Shown here: in pieces, positions 12,265 through 24,600 of the stretch
Layout: the number at the start of each line of letters is the position of its first letter
How positions within the stretch are numbered: position 1 is the stretch's first letter
Assembly: GCF_964355755.1 (NCBI RefSeq)
Contig: NC_092674.1
Coordinates: 23,622,001-23,686,000 of the forward strand
Direction of reading: 5' to 3'
DNA length: 64,000 bases
DNA from: Antedon mediterranea
Lineage: Eukaryota > Animalia > Echinodermata
Position numbers and translations under genes: made by a program
Notes under the pieces: generated by a model
Told to the model about the DNA's origin: nothing
The model's database searches: none
Seen by the model: the letters and a program-made list of their open reading frames with translations, nothing else

Positions 12265-13092
12265 ATTTTGCTACTCGGAGACAGCGACGATTAACAAACT
12301 CATAGAATACTAAATAAAGATGCATACAACATAAGTTCTGGCTTAAATAGTTTATTAGTAAATGAACATTCGCCCATGTAAAACTGCACATAAAAGTCAT
12401 AAGCAAATATAAGTTATATATAGCAATAATTTTCCAATTCTAAGTAAGCACAACAGGGATGCTCAGAGAAAAAATAGCCCTTATTTAAGTGTCTAAATAT
12501 TGGGCGGGAGGGAGGGAAATTTGTCTTCAACTTAAAGTGATCGTGTTAACAGAGAGCGTGCTTGATCAAAGAGGTCGAAAACCCGCCCTCTCCGTTCTCA
12601 AAATAGAATTGTGTTCACAACCCAATTCTTGATTTTTGCTACTCGGAGACAGCGACGATTAACAAACTCATAGAATACTAAATAAAGATGCATACAACAT
12701 AAGTTCTGGCTTAAATAGTTTATTAGTAAATGAACATTCGCCCATGTAAAACTGCACATAAAAGTCATAAGCAAATATAAGTTATATATAGCAATAATTT
12801 TCCAATTCTAAGTAAGCACAACAGGGATGCTCAGAGAAAAAATAGCCCGCGGCAGGTGCCAAGGCACCGCCAAGAGCAGCCCTGAGTTGTGTCGCATAAG
12901 GTGCCGGATTGTTAGAAAACTTACTTGTAAAAAAGTTGTCGTGTTAGGATGGAAATCGGTGATGGAAAAATAAGAAAATTTGTCTTCAACTTAAAGTGAT
13001 CGTGTTAACAGAGAGCGTGCTTGATCAAAGAGGTCGAAAACCCGCCCTCTCCGTTCTCAAAATAGAATTGTGTTCACAACCCAATTCTTGAT
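12265..13092 (+). repeat. Local tandem duplication with swapped middle (A-x-B-A-y-B)
   Basis: 12265-12480 matches 12633-12848 and ~12517-12632 matches ~12976-13092, both apparently identical, with unrelated spacers. Confidence 0.9.
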
Positions 13093-13537
13093 TGTTTTAT
13101 AGTTATGCTATTAATATTTCTATTTTTGTTGAGATCGCATTGGGACCCGATTAGAAACGATGTTTTATAATTTCTAATGAAATGTTTATTTTACCTTTGA
13201 AAAATAATTGTTACAAATGTTGATGTTGAATATTTTTTGCTATTTTACGACACATAATAATTATTCACTTTGAACAAAATTTTGATAAAAACAATTTTTT
13301 TTTACCTGAAAACACTGTATGTAATGTAAAGCACCCAATGGGTTTTTGATTGAATTTAACCGTTCATTTTGGTATTTTTGTAAGGGAAAACATTTCATTT
13401 ATATCGCCACGGAAATAATTGATTTGATTATAACCACAAAATGGCCTATTCAAATCTGATTTTATTAATCTTAATTTTTCATGTTTTTGGTGACATTTCA
13501 TCTTGAAACATTATATTACAAAAGACGGGTTCCCCCG

Positions 13538-13654
13538 TTTTTAGTCGCGTGGACGCGACTCTATAGTTCACTATGTCGGTCGGTCTGTCGGTCTGTCTGT
13601 CGGTCCGGTATCACTATGCGTTTTAGCACGTGACTTATGGCTGTTGGCCTTGTT
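13538..13654 (+). mobile_element. Helentron-associated non-autonomous element (HINE/DINE-1-like), short form
   Basis: TTTTT-AGTCGCGTGGACGCGACT hairpin, (GTCG/GTCT)n microsatellite, 3' GGCTGTTGGCC hairpin plus TTGTT. Copies at 1410-1518 (-), 50516-50865 (+) and 59647-60245 (+); related copies at 17508-17600 and 49487-49595. Confidence 0.65.
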
Positions 13655-15677
13655 CTCAATAAATTTGATACACGAATCATGGAAGAGTAAATAAATCCCT
13701 GCAACGAACTTTACCGATGTGAATTATTTCAAGTGGGGGCGCTACGCATTTTGTTTTATATAATTTCAGTTTGTGAGACGGTTGGAAAAAGTTTATAATC
13801 GTATACATTTATAGAGGGCAGTGTATGACTAAGGATCATTAACCGAGCTGAATTGTGATAAGTGGTGATGAGTTCAGTGTAATATGAATTGTAATGTAGA
13901 ATAATATTTATATAAAAACGAAGTATTGTTAATAATGAGTGTTTATAAAATCGTTGGTGAAGCTAACAAAATACTATGAAACGTCAGCTTAGATATCTCG
14001 TCAGAGTGTTATATGTTTATACAATACACTACAAACCGTTACATTATTTCTGTGGACATAAAATGTTCGCGATTTAGTTTGCTATCAAATCAAAAAATCA
14101 AATCATTTGTTCCATATATAAAATTGTGTACATAGTAAAGTTGTTTTCCTTGATGGAAAAAATGTAAAACAAACAAAACATTCACAATTACAATTTATAC
14201 AAAAACAATATATTCATTAAAAAAATATGTGTTGAATTTGACGTATCAGCTCTAGGAGCTCGTAGCCAGTCTGAATTGTTCTTATAAAATCTCACATGTA
14301 ATGGATGGTTCTTATCGTTTAAATTTTACTTAATTTACTTAGGACCTGTTTTTCATAAAGATATCTTAAATAATTAACCGTACAACCAATTATATTTGAT
14401 GCTATCTTAGTAATTTTACCTTTCTTGTGTCTTTCATTTATACCGGACCATCAATGAAAGAGATAACTAGGACTGAGATAGCTACAAACCAATTTATTTT
14501 TTCTAAACATAAATGGTTTTGAAAGTATTTAGTTTAATTCGCGTGCACAGTTTTTCTCTATTTGTCGAAGTAGGCCTATTTAGTTTAATTTTATCAATAA
14601 TTTAATAAACTCATTAATTCAATCTTGTATACAATCATCGTTTCCGCACGTACTATAAATCGCGAATGTTTTGTATTCGCGAAAATTCTGATCGCGCGAA
14701 ATTAAACAGTTGGCTGGGTTTAGAATACTACAATAAATATATTCTCCTGGGTGTTCTTGTTCAACGTTGTTGTGGATTAAATGCGAATCCTAGTTTAGTT
14801 CGCCTTTGTAATTTCATTGTGCATAACTATCTCTGTCTTACTTTGAACGAAGTTCACACATCTCGGTGGAATTGGGAAAGGCACCGGACCTAAATCCTCT
14901 GTAAAAAGACACTTCAGCGGAGTGATATTTCTCGTCTGCAAATCAAATTGAAATTCTCTTCAGAATCTTCACATCTATGAAAGTATGTTCATGTTAATTC
15001 ATTCACAAAAGAGCCATTAAAAAGATTACTAAAAATGTGTTGCCTATTGACTGAGAGTCTCTGAAGTCGCCTCAAGAAAAATCTAAAATACGCCTCTAAC
15101 TTTCAATGAATCAGATGTACGTGTAAATAACACATAAACCGGTGAAGCGGAACGCACGCTGTGAAATTAGTCATTAAAAAAAACTTGTGTTAAAATGATT
15201 TTAACAGGATTTTTACGTTATGTAATAAATTTCAAATCCTGAATTCTTCTCCAATTCAAACAGAGATTGTTAATTTAAAATAGTTGTTGAGTTAATTAAG
15301 TCAGCACTGAATTGCGCATGTCTAGGTTGTTTAAAAACGAGGACAAACACTCGTTGAAAACTTGTGAAGTAAAAATATCATGACCTACATAATTCTGAAG
15401 TTAAAGTGCACTTCGTTGCCATGTTGTTTTTTGAAGATTTAATGCAACATATTGTAACTGAGCTGTTGTTCTTTCTTGATCTTAATTTGTAAATGCCACT
15501 TTGTGGATCAACATCCGGGACCAAAACATCATGTAAATGTCTAAACGAATTGTTACTAACCGCCATGTAAAGTACTACTACGTAAACAATGTATTATACA
15601 AAATGTGTGGCTAATGCTGTATTTTTGCCTCGTATTAATTATTGTGACTATATGTTTGTCAAACTACAGTAGGGGCC

Positions 15678-16129
15678 TACAGTGCGAAACTCTGTCTAAA
15701 TACTTTTAAACAGATTTCTGGAAGAATTGTAACTTAATATAACCTCCAAAACAGATAGATATTTAGGTAGATTATTCGAATAGCAGTTGGTTCGCTTGTG
15801 ATTTGTCAACTCGTCGATAATTCATCAGAATAAGTTTACAAACTTTGAAAATACACATCTCAAAAAAACATAATGTCAGTTAATCCATTTTACACCGTGT
15901 GGAAATTGAAATTGTAGATGTTAGCCTCCTAGATGGAAAAGTAATAGTGTTGTAAGCTTTATTCGCAGACTAGCTGCTAAATAATTCATGGAGATTTTTC
16001 CAAGTGTCTAATTCCTTATATTTTTGTGAGTGTCAGCCTACAGCTCTTAAATCACCCAAGCTTTATCTGAAACATGGTTGCGTATTTTGTCCAAGTACCA
16101 AGATTGTCCCGCTAAGACAGAGTTTCGCA
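15678..16129. mobile_element. TIR element (MITE)
   Basis: GTGCGAAACTCTGTCT...AGACAGAGTTTCGCAC inverted ends. Confidence 0.55.
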
Positions 16130-17749
16130 CCCCTTCACTGAAATTGTCATAATTCCCATTGTCTTAATCCCTGTCTGAACGCACTCTTACCGGTACGCAT
16201 CGCTGATGGTAATTCAGCCAAGGAGGATCTAAACATCCATTAGTACAAATAACACCATACATACACCAACACTCAATTATTACATTATGGAAATTGTGTT
16301 CAGTCAAGCCGAAATGTAAGACAAACTAGGTAACAATTTATTTCAGTAAAACAATGAGATTAATATCTCACAGTTTGTCAGAAATCGCTTCGGTCTTTAG
16401 ATACAATTTCTTTACTCTTTCTGATTATGACATATTGTTTTGAAAATGAGCAGTATTTCTATAATTCACCCACCGATAAACATATATCATAGGATTACAT
16501 AGGCTATTTTAACTATAATTATAGTCTATATTATAATGTGCTGAACAGGGGCGGGTACAAGATGAATGAGTCAGCGCTATAAAGTATATGATTTTTTTAA
16601 TGTTAGCTGTCAAAAAATGGTGTGCCCCTGACACTCCCTCTGCCCGGCTGAATAGGCTACTCTCAATGCACTTGTTTTCAAGTGCGACAAGCACCATTCC
16701 AGCCCGCAACAATCATACTCACGATTTTTTGCTAGGACCTACCCTACCTACCGGAATATTTTGTCGTTTTGATCGTCTGGACATACTGTAAGAAGAGCCA
16801 AAATGTATAGAAATCGAGCGAGAAATCACATCACAATAAAAACTGTGTGCGCACAATGAATTAATATGACGTAATCGAAAGCTCTCTTTAAGTCTATATA
16901 ATCTCTAAGAAATGCCAGAAAAAAAATTTATTAGAAAATTGTCTCTAATTATTGCTGTGTCGAAATTATTTTGAAAATATTTTCTTTTGATATCAGATAT
17001 TTACTTACGTTATATTATTAAGAAACTAAAATAAAGCATAGAGGGCACAAGCAAGCTTACGGTTTAATTTTTTTAGATGAGAGTTAACACCAAACCTAGA
17101 AGAAAAAAAAACACACTTATTAATGAGTACATCATACATAATTAAATAAATCCATTAGTTTTGCTTCGATTCAGTTCTCGCAATAAAAATGTTCCACAAA
17201 AATGGTTGTAATAAATCTATCCTATAAAGAATTTGATTCAATAGAATGGTTTTATTACGCTCTATATTTTTGTATACTTCTGTTTTTTGCAGGCAGTTCA
17301 TTAACGCCTCTTTCATTATCGACTGGTAGTGATAGTTGGCTACGTGTCATCAGTTGGTCTTAACATTTGATTGCTTTATTGATTACGGTTAGACCATTAG
17401 AACCATAAATCAAAATGAAATTGAGAACGCACAAAAGTAATACAAATACTAAAATAGTATAGCTCCGCCTGTAAATTTATAACATAACCTAAATAGAGAG
17501 AGAAATGAACAAGGCCATATACATGGGTGCAGTCGCCTGCTCAAGTTAGTGTTTACCGACCAACCTACTGACCTACCGACCGACATAATGAGGTATAAAA
17601 ACATTAAAAATAAAACAAATTGAGAACGCTTACCAATGGTTATGTTGTAAATCTATTAGAGAAATAAATAAAAATACTTTAAATTATTTTTTTTACAAAT
17701 AACATTTTTAAAAGCATATATCAGCCATAAATTTTAAAAATATTACCTT

Positions 17750-20430
17750 ATCATCAATCAGGTAATATGGGCATACCACATTATTTGTTTCTACGCATGC
17801 CATTTTTGTCAAAAAATAAAAGGGTCGAAAAATGGCAAGACATTGAGTATTTTATTACATTACTACAGGTTTATTCGAAAATTGCCAAACAGGGATTATT
17901 GAGCTAACATGCGTAGACCACATTACTTGTTTCTGCGCACGCCATTATACCAACAATAAAAGGGTAAAATTTCCCTGTATTCTAGAACACCAAAAAACGA
18001 TTATTGAGGTAAAATATGCAGACCATATTATTCGTTACTATAGCATAATTGACATGCGCAGAACCTATTATTCGACTCTGCGCATGTTTATTATGCAAAC
18101 AAATAAAAGGGTCGGAAATTGATAACCATATTTGACATAAATGGTTACTATAGCATAATAAACATGGGCAGAGTCGACTAATGGGTTCTGCGCATGTTAA
18201 TTGTGCTATAGTAACCAGTTATATCGAAAAATAAAACGGTAGAAAATTGGCCATTTTTTTGGAAAAAATCCCTGTACTATAGTACAGGGAAATTTTCGAA
18301 AAATGGCCGATTATCGATCCTTTTACTTTTGACATAAATGGTTACTATGTGGTCATTCTTTTAAATTAAAATTTAAGTTCTCACGCACAAATTGGATGAG
18401 GGACTCATTTGGTCGAAAAGCTATTATATTATGGAATTCGTTATCGGAGGATGTAGTAGCTTCAAGATCAACCAATCAATTAAGTCCGGTCTTGTACGGG
18501 CATGGTCCAACCACCCTCTTAAATTTGCGCCATATTCAAGAGTTGATGTAATTATCAAGAGGGGCTTATAGGCATAGCCTAGCCTCGACTCCGGACCCAG
18601 CACAGCTGAGCTCCGGAAACAAGTAAAAGTATTGCACAACTGACATGCGAAGAACCCATTATTCGACTCTGCGCATGTTTATTATGCTATAGTAACCATT
18701 TATGTCAAAAGTGGTTACCTTTGACATAAATGGTTACTATAGCATAATAAACATGCGCAGACTCGATCTATTATTCGACTCTGCGCATGTTTATTATGCT
18801 ATAGTAACCATTTATGTAAAAAATGGTTACTTTTGACATAAATGGTTACTATTGCATAATAAACATGCGCAGAGTCGAATAATGGGTTCTGCGCATGTCA
18901 ATTGCGCTATCATAACCATATTTGATATAAATGGTTACTATAGCATAATAAACATGCACAGAGTCGAATAATGGGTTCTGCGCATGTCAATTGTGCTTTC
19001 ATAACCATATTTGATATAAATGGTTACTATAGCATAATAAACATGCGCAGAGTCGACTAATGGGTTCTGCGCATGTTAATTGTGCTATAGTAACCAGTTT
19101 TATCGAAAAATAAAAAGGTAGAAAATTTGCAATTTTTAGAAAAAATCCCTGTACTATAGTACAGGGAAATTTTCGAAAAATGACCGATTTTCGATCCTTT
19201 TATTTTTTGACATAAATGGTTACTATAGTAACCATTTATGTCAAAAAATAAAAGGGTCGACAATCGGCCATTTTTCGAACATTTCCCTGTTTGTTGCAAA
19301 ATTTCGACTTTTTTATTTTTCGATAAAACTCGTTACTATAGCATACTTGACATGCGCAGAACCTATTATTCGACTCTGCGCAAGTTTATTATGCTGCTAT
19401 AGTAACCATTTATGCCAAAAAATAAAAAGGTCGGAAATTGATAATTTTTCGAAAATTTACCTGTACTATAGAACATGCAATTTTTCGAAAAATAGCCAAA
19501 TTTCGACTTTTTTATTTTTCGACAAAACTCGTTACTATAGCATAATTGACATGCGCAGAACCTATTATTCGACTCTGCGCATGTTTATTATGCTGTAGTA
19601 ACAATTTATGCCCAAAAATAAAAGGGTCGGAAATTGATCATTTCCCTGTACTATAGCACAGGAATTTTTTCGAAAAATATCCAAATTTCGACATTTTTAT
19701 TTTTCGATAAAACTCGTTACTATAGCATAATTTACATGCGCAGAACCTATTATTCGACCCTGCGCATGTTTATTATGCTATAATAACCATTTATGCCCAA
19801 AAATAAAAGGGTCGGAAATTGATCATTTTTCTGTACTATTAGTACAGGGATTTTTTCAAAAATATCCAAATTTCGACCTTTTTATTTTTCGATAAAACTC
19901 GTTACTATAGCACAATTGACATGCGCAGAGTCGAATAATAGGTTTTGCGCATGTCAATTATGCTATAGTAACGAGTTTTATCGAAAAATAAAAAAGTCAA
20001 ATTTTGGCTATTTTTCAAAAAATTTCCTGTACAAAATATGGCCAAAAAAATTATTAGAGGTAACATGCGCCGACCACATTATTTTACCAAAAATAAAGGG
20101 GTCGAAAATTTGCAATTTTTCGTAAAATTTCCCTGTACTGTACACCAAAAAATGATTATTGAGGTAACATGCGCAGACCACATTATTTGTTTCTGCGCAT
20201 GCCATTTTGCCAAAAAATAAAAGTGTCAAAAAGTTATTTTGGAAAATTTATCTGTACTATATTATATATATTTTTTCGAAAAATGGCTAAAAAACGACTT
20301 TTGAGGTAACATACACAGACCACATTATTTGTTTCTGCGCATGCCATTTTGCCAAATAAAAATAAAAGTTTCGAAAATTCGTCAATTGGCCAATTTCGAG
20401 CATTTTATTTTTGGACATAACTTGTTACTA
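17750..20430. repeat. Complex palindromic satellite (~90 and ~185 bp periods, both orientations)
   Basis: Recurring hairpins GTTACTATAGCATAAT..ACATGCGCAGA-loop-TCTGCGCATGT..ATTATGCTATAGTAAC and CCCTGTACTATAGTACAGGG. Confidence 0.9.
18349..18631 (+). mobile_element. CR1-type LINE 3' fragment inserted into palindromic satellite
   Basis: Translates as GHSFKLKFKFSRTNWMRDSFGRKAIILWNSLSEDVVASRS...W..HPLKF (CR1 ORF2 C-terminus pattern) with a CAAGTAAAAGTA tail. It interrupts a satellite unit at GGTTACTAT|TGCAC. Confidence 0.7.
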
Positions 20431-21649
20431 TAACAAGATAAGATGATGATAGTACAGAAATAAATATTATGGCATAATAAGTGAATTTGAAAAGGTGTAT
20501 ATTTTGGTTATTTTGTAAAAAAAAGTGAAAATGGCCAAATTCCATATTTTTCACAGAAAAAAGCCATGATAACTGAATTTTGAAAAGTTCATATTTTGCC
20601 CTTTAAGAAAAAAAAATTCTTCTGTATTAGAAGATACTTTTTTTTTAAATGTAAATGCTGAACATTTTTTTTTATTGTTGGTTACTATGACTATAAGGTG
20701 ATGCATGTGCATAAGACAGTGGAAATCGAATAAATAACACACACTTTTTTTTAATAGGATTTATGCTAATTGTTTTATAATATACCTTGGTAACCATGTA
20801 AAAAGTATTCTACTTCAGTGACTACATTTAACTGTTGGTTACACCGTTTAAAAACTTCAAACAAACTAAAATCATACATTAAATTACAGAATAAAGAAAT
20901 ATATAATAATAATAATAAATATATGCAGTAACTGCAGCAGAATAATGTTGCCATGATCACTTATTGTTATTACAGCGCGCTCATTGTTAACAGATCATTA
21001 TCCACTAAAATATTTTATATAACACACCTGATTGTATTCTTGCAGTTTGATTGGTTAATTAGTCATCATGTAATTGCTCTATTGCACGTTCAGATTTCTG
21101 TAAATATTTTGAGAATTTTTGCCATGCGAGACGTTGACTGATCGCATTTGGAAATCAACTGTTTTACTCATAATCTAAAGTTGAAGCACTGTCTATTTCA
21201 ATGGCCTAGCTTCCCAGCCTAGCATTCATGAATGATTTATGTGGATAAACTGAACAAAAGTAGGTGTGTTATAAAACAAAATAATGACTATTTTGTATTT
21301 GTTGAATGAAGAGAATATTTCAACTGCTCTATTTTCAACTCGCCTCATTAAAAATAGTCAATTTTTCAACCCATGAAATATTCTCACCATTCAACTCAAA
21401 CACATTTATTATTTGTATAATAATAAAGCTTCTACAAATATAACTGGGACACTCTTCTTCCTTGAATATCAAATGCTCTGTATTAATGTATAGTGCAGTA
21501 AAAACTGCAATTTGTAGAACTGAAAATAATGCTAAACTCACTTAAATTTCTTACAGTTCTGAATTTTTCCTTTAGTTTTTCCTCATTAACCTAGTTGGAT
21601 TTTTTGTCCTTGTTTATCTTTCTCTTTTATCTTTTATTATTATTTAAAG

Positions 21650-24600
21650 CTACTCCTTTTTAGATTTTCTTACTGTCTTTGCAACTTCTTTATTTTGAGA
21701 TTTTGGAAAATCTTCCATAGATGCTACAAATGAATGCTGCTTAAAAAAATCACCAACACATCTTTTTGCTCTCGATTTAACTAAAACAAAAGAGTAGAGA
21801 AATTCTCAAAAATTATTTAATAATAATAATGGATGCTTTATAAAGAGCTTAATATAAATGTCAAGTGTTTTACACAAGCAAAAGAAACCATGAAAATTTG
21901 AGGAATTTTGTTTAAAATATTTGTTTAAAAAAATTTCCAAAGACAAATCAAGGAATTTTAATAATATAGCAAAAATATTGTAAAAAAATTGTAAAATTCA
22001 GATTCGCTGGGGTTCCATTGTGAAATGAAAATGAAGAGTTCTAACAAAAATGGTCATGAGGAAGTTGATGCAGAGGAAGCATTTTCACTGTTCCAGCTTC
22101 TCAATAAGTAATTACCAGAACAAAACTTAAAGATGTATTGTCCCTTGAAACACAAAAAAATGAAGGTCAAAATATTCTAAATTTAAATTGGCCATATCAA
22201 AGTAAGATTAAAGTTATTCACTTTAAGTCAAAATTTCGAGCCAAAAACAAAAAGTTTACGTAATTAACAGGTAAATTAATTTGATTACATTTCGTCTGAA
22301 AAATCGTCGCGAGCGAAAGTAAACAAAGATTTCAAACCACGAGTATGCATTATGCATGATGCTAATTAGGATTGTTTATAACTCGTCACGGTTGAGAAGG
22401 TGTTTTCACACAGATCGCGAGGAATTAGTCAAAGGGACAATACATCTTTAAAGGAACTTGAGTGGAAAAAAAGGCATTTGACTATCCTATAGAAGAGCAA
22501 TGATCCATTTGGTATGTTTGTGGGGTGCACAGCCTACAGGCAGCACACCCCACCTCCTATGAAAATAGACTAGTATTTTGAGAATGAAACCATTGTACAC
22601 TCAGGTCGTAGCTGGGCTTCTATGCAACTCATTTTATAAAAACAATACTTACCATTGCTGTGGTCTGTGCACTTCATATGTAACAGTTGATGTGATAGAC
22701 ATCTGGCCAGTGCTTTGAATAGATCCTAAAAAAGATAACAATCTGAATATAATTTACAATCAATTCTAATATTAGTGGTAATGATCATTTAACGCATCTG
22801 CATTTTCATATTTTTTAATGCTAACTATATTTTGATAACTTCTAATACAGTAGAAAGCCACTTTTGTGACATCCTTTAATAGGGATGTACTGAACCAGAT
22901 GCAATATAAGGTCTAAAATTACTGTATGGCTAACCACTATTCAGAGGACAGCTTATAAAATAGGAAACATTTTGATGGATCTTATAGGTGTCCTCTTTTA
23001 TTAGTTCTAATTCAATTCAACACACATACCTTATTTGCAAATTTGTCATCCTTATAGTGTGGTGTCAAGTAGTTAACCACAGCATCTGCTGCTACACGTC
23101 GCATGTCCACATTCTGTTTAGCGAGCGCCTTTTGTTTTTCGTATGACACATACATGCCTTCATTGTCAACTACACCCGCTTTGAAGCTAACTTTTTTGGC
23201 AGCTTTGCCATTGGAATCATCCTCTATTTTTCTCTTTAATGATGGTTTCTTAGATCCTTCTTCTGGGATCTCATCTCTAGCGTAAAATTAATAAATATCT
23301 TATTTGAGGCATGTTCACATTCAGTGTTGATCATGCTTACAGATCATGATCAAGTCAAGTATTCCATGTTAACCATAAAAATTATCAAATAACTGGATCA
23401 GCCTAATCACTTTAACATGATCCATGTTAGAGAAGTATAATTATCCTAGTATAACATGATTAATTATTATTCAGAAGACAAAATCAACCAATCAGGATTA
23501 ATTAGTATTAATTTAGTATTTTTAAGTCATTGCACAACCTTATTAGCCAGGTGTTTATGCCACAAATTACCTCATTAGCATAATAATAATTAATTTTTTT
23601 CTTAAATATTAAACTTATAACAGATCAAGATAGTTAAGTCATGATATCGGGAGAGAGAAAAAGAGAGAGGCGGAAGGTTCCAGAAATTTGGAGTAATCAT
23701 ATTATTATTATTATTATTATTAAATTTAGGCTCTAATAGGCCGTTTTTGTTAATACTGTACTGTATGTCTGTATGACATTTTTCACACCTTTAAAGCATA
23801 TCCTTTAGTTTATTAAAAACACTGATGGCCAAGATTGCTGTTATTACTACCGTCTATAGTTCGATGTTCAATTTTTTAAACACCCTCTCTTGTTTTGACC
23901 ATGCATAAATTTCCCTGAACAAAAATTTACTAACCCTTGTTTTTCAAAGAAATATTTTATCACTGGTCGTTTACTTGTCTGTTTATCTTGAATACTTTCA
24001 TTGTTAACAGTGCTTTGTTCAGTTTCATCAGAATCTTTACTTGGTAATAATGTGCAGTTTTTCTCAGTTAACAAACAACTGTCAATTTCTGATACAGACA
24101 AACCTTTAGAAAAGTTTAAATTTGTTGTGGATACAAAATTTGTATTCATTGATGTTTCAGTTACTTTATTTTCACTTTCTTCCAGATTTTTATCAGTTGA
24201 GTAAAGTTTATTTTCTATAGAATTTCCTACACTTGAACCTTCATGTTTTCTGTATAGAATGGAGGATGCCGTATCAAATCCTGCATATTTTGTTACAATG
24301 CTACTTGATTGAATTTCTTCAATTTCAGTGCTACTAAAACATTCTTTATCATCTGGTAACTCTTCTGAAATGTATCCATCTGCATTTTCTTCAAGTTCTG
24401 ATTGGTTAGTAGTTGTTTTCAGATTTGTTGTTGTCAATTCTGATTGGCCATTGAGCAAGCTTGAAGCAGTTTGAAATGCCTGGTGATGTAATGGCTGGCT
24501 CAGTCTAGAATGCTTGACCTGTTCAAAGAAAATAAAGTGTCGTATATTATAATTTTGTTATTTAATCTGTGAAGTTGGCAAACTGCAATATACAATATTT

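Noticed and set aside
5158-17700. Short ORFs of 60-111 aa in the POU4-RECQL5 intergenic region
   Set aside because: AT-driven composition, overlap with MITEs, and no consistent splice structure or homology. A spliced lncRNA cannot be excluded without RNA data.
19057-20229. Several 60-83 aa ORFs on both strands
   Set aside because: They arise from the palindromic satellite and show no protein family signal.
23868-24458. Stand-alone 196 aa Ser/Thr/Glu-rich gene
   Set aside because: It is RECQL5 exon 13 (24518-23935), in phase with its neighbours and containing the FQTA BRCv-like motif.
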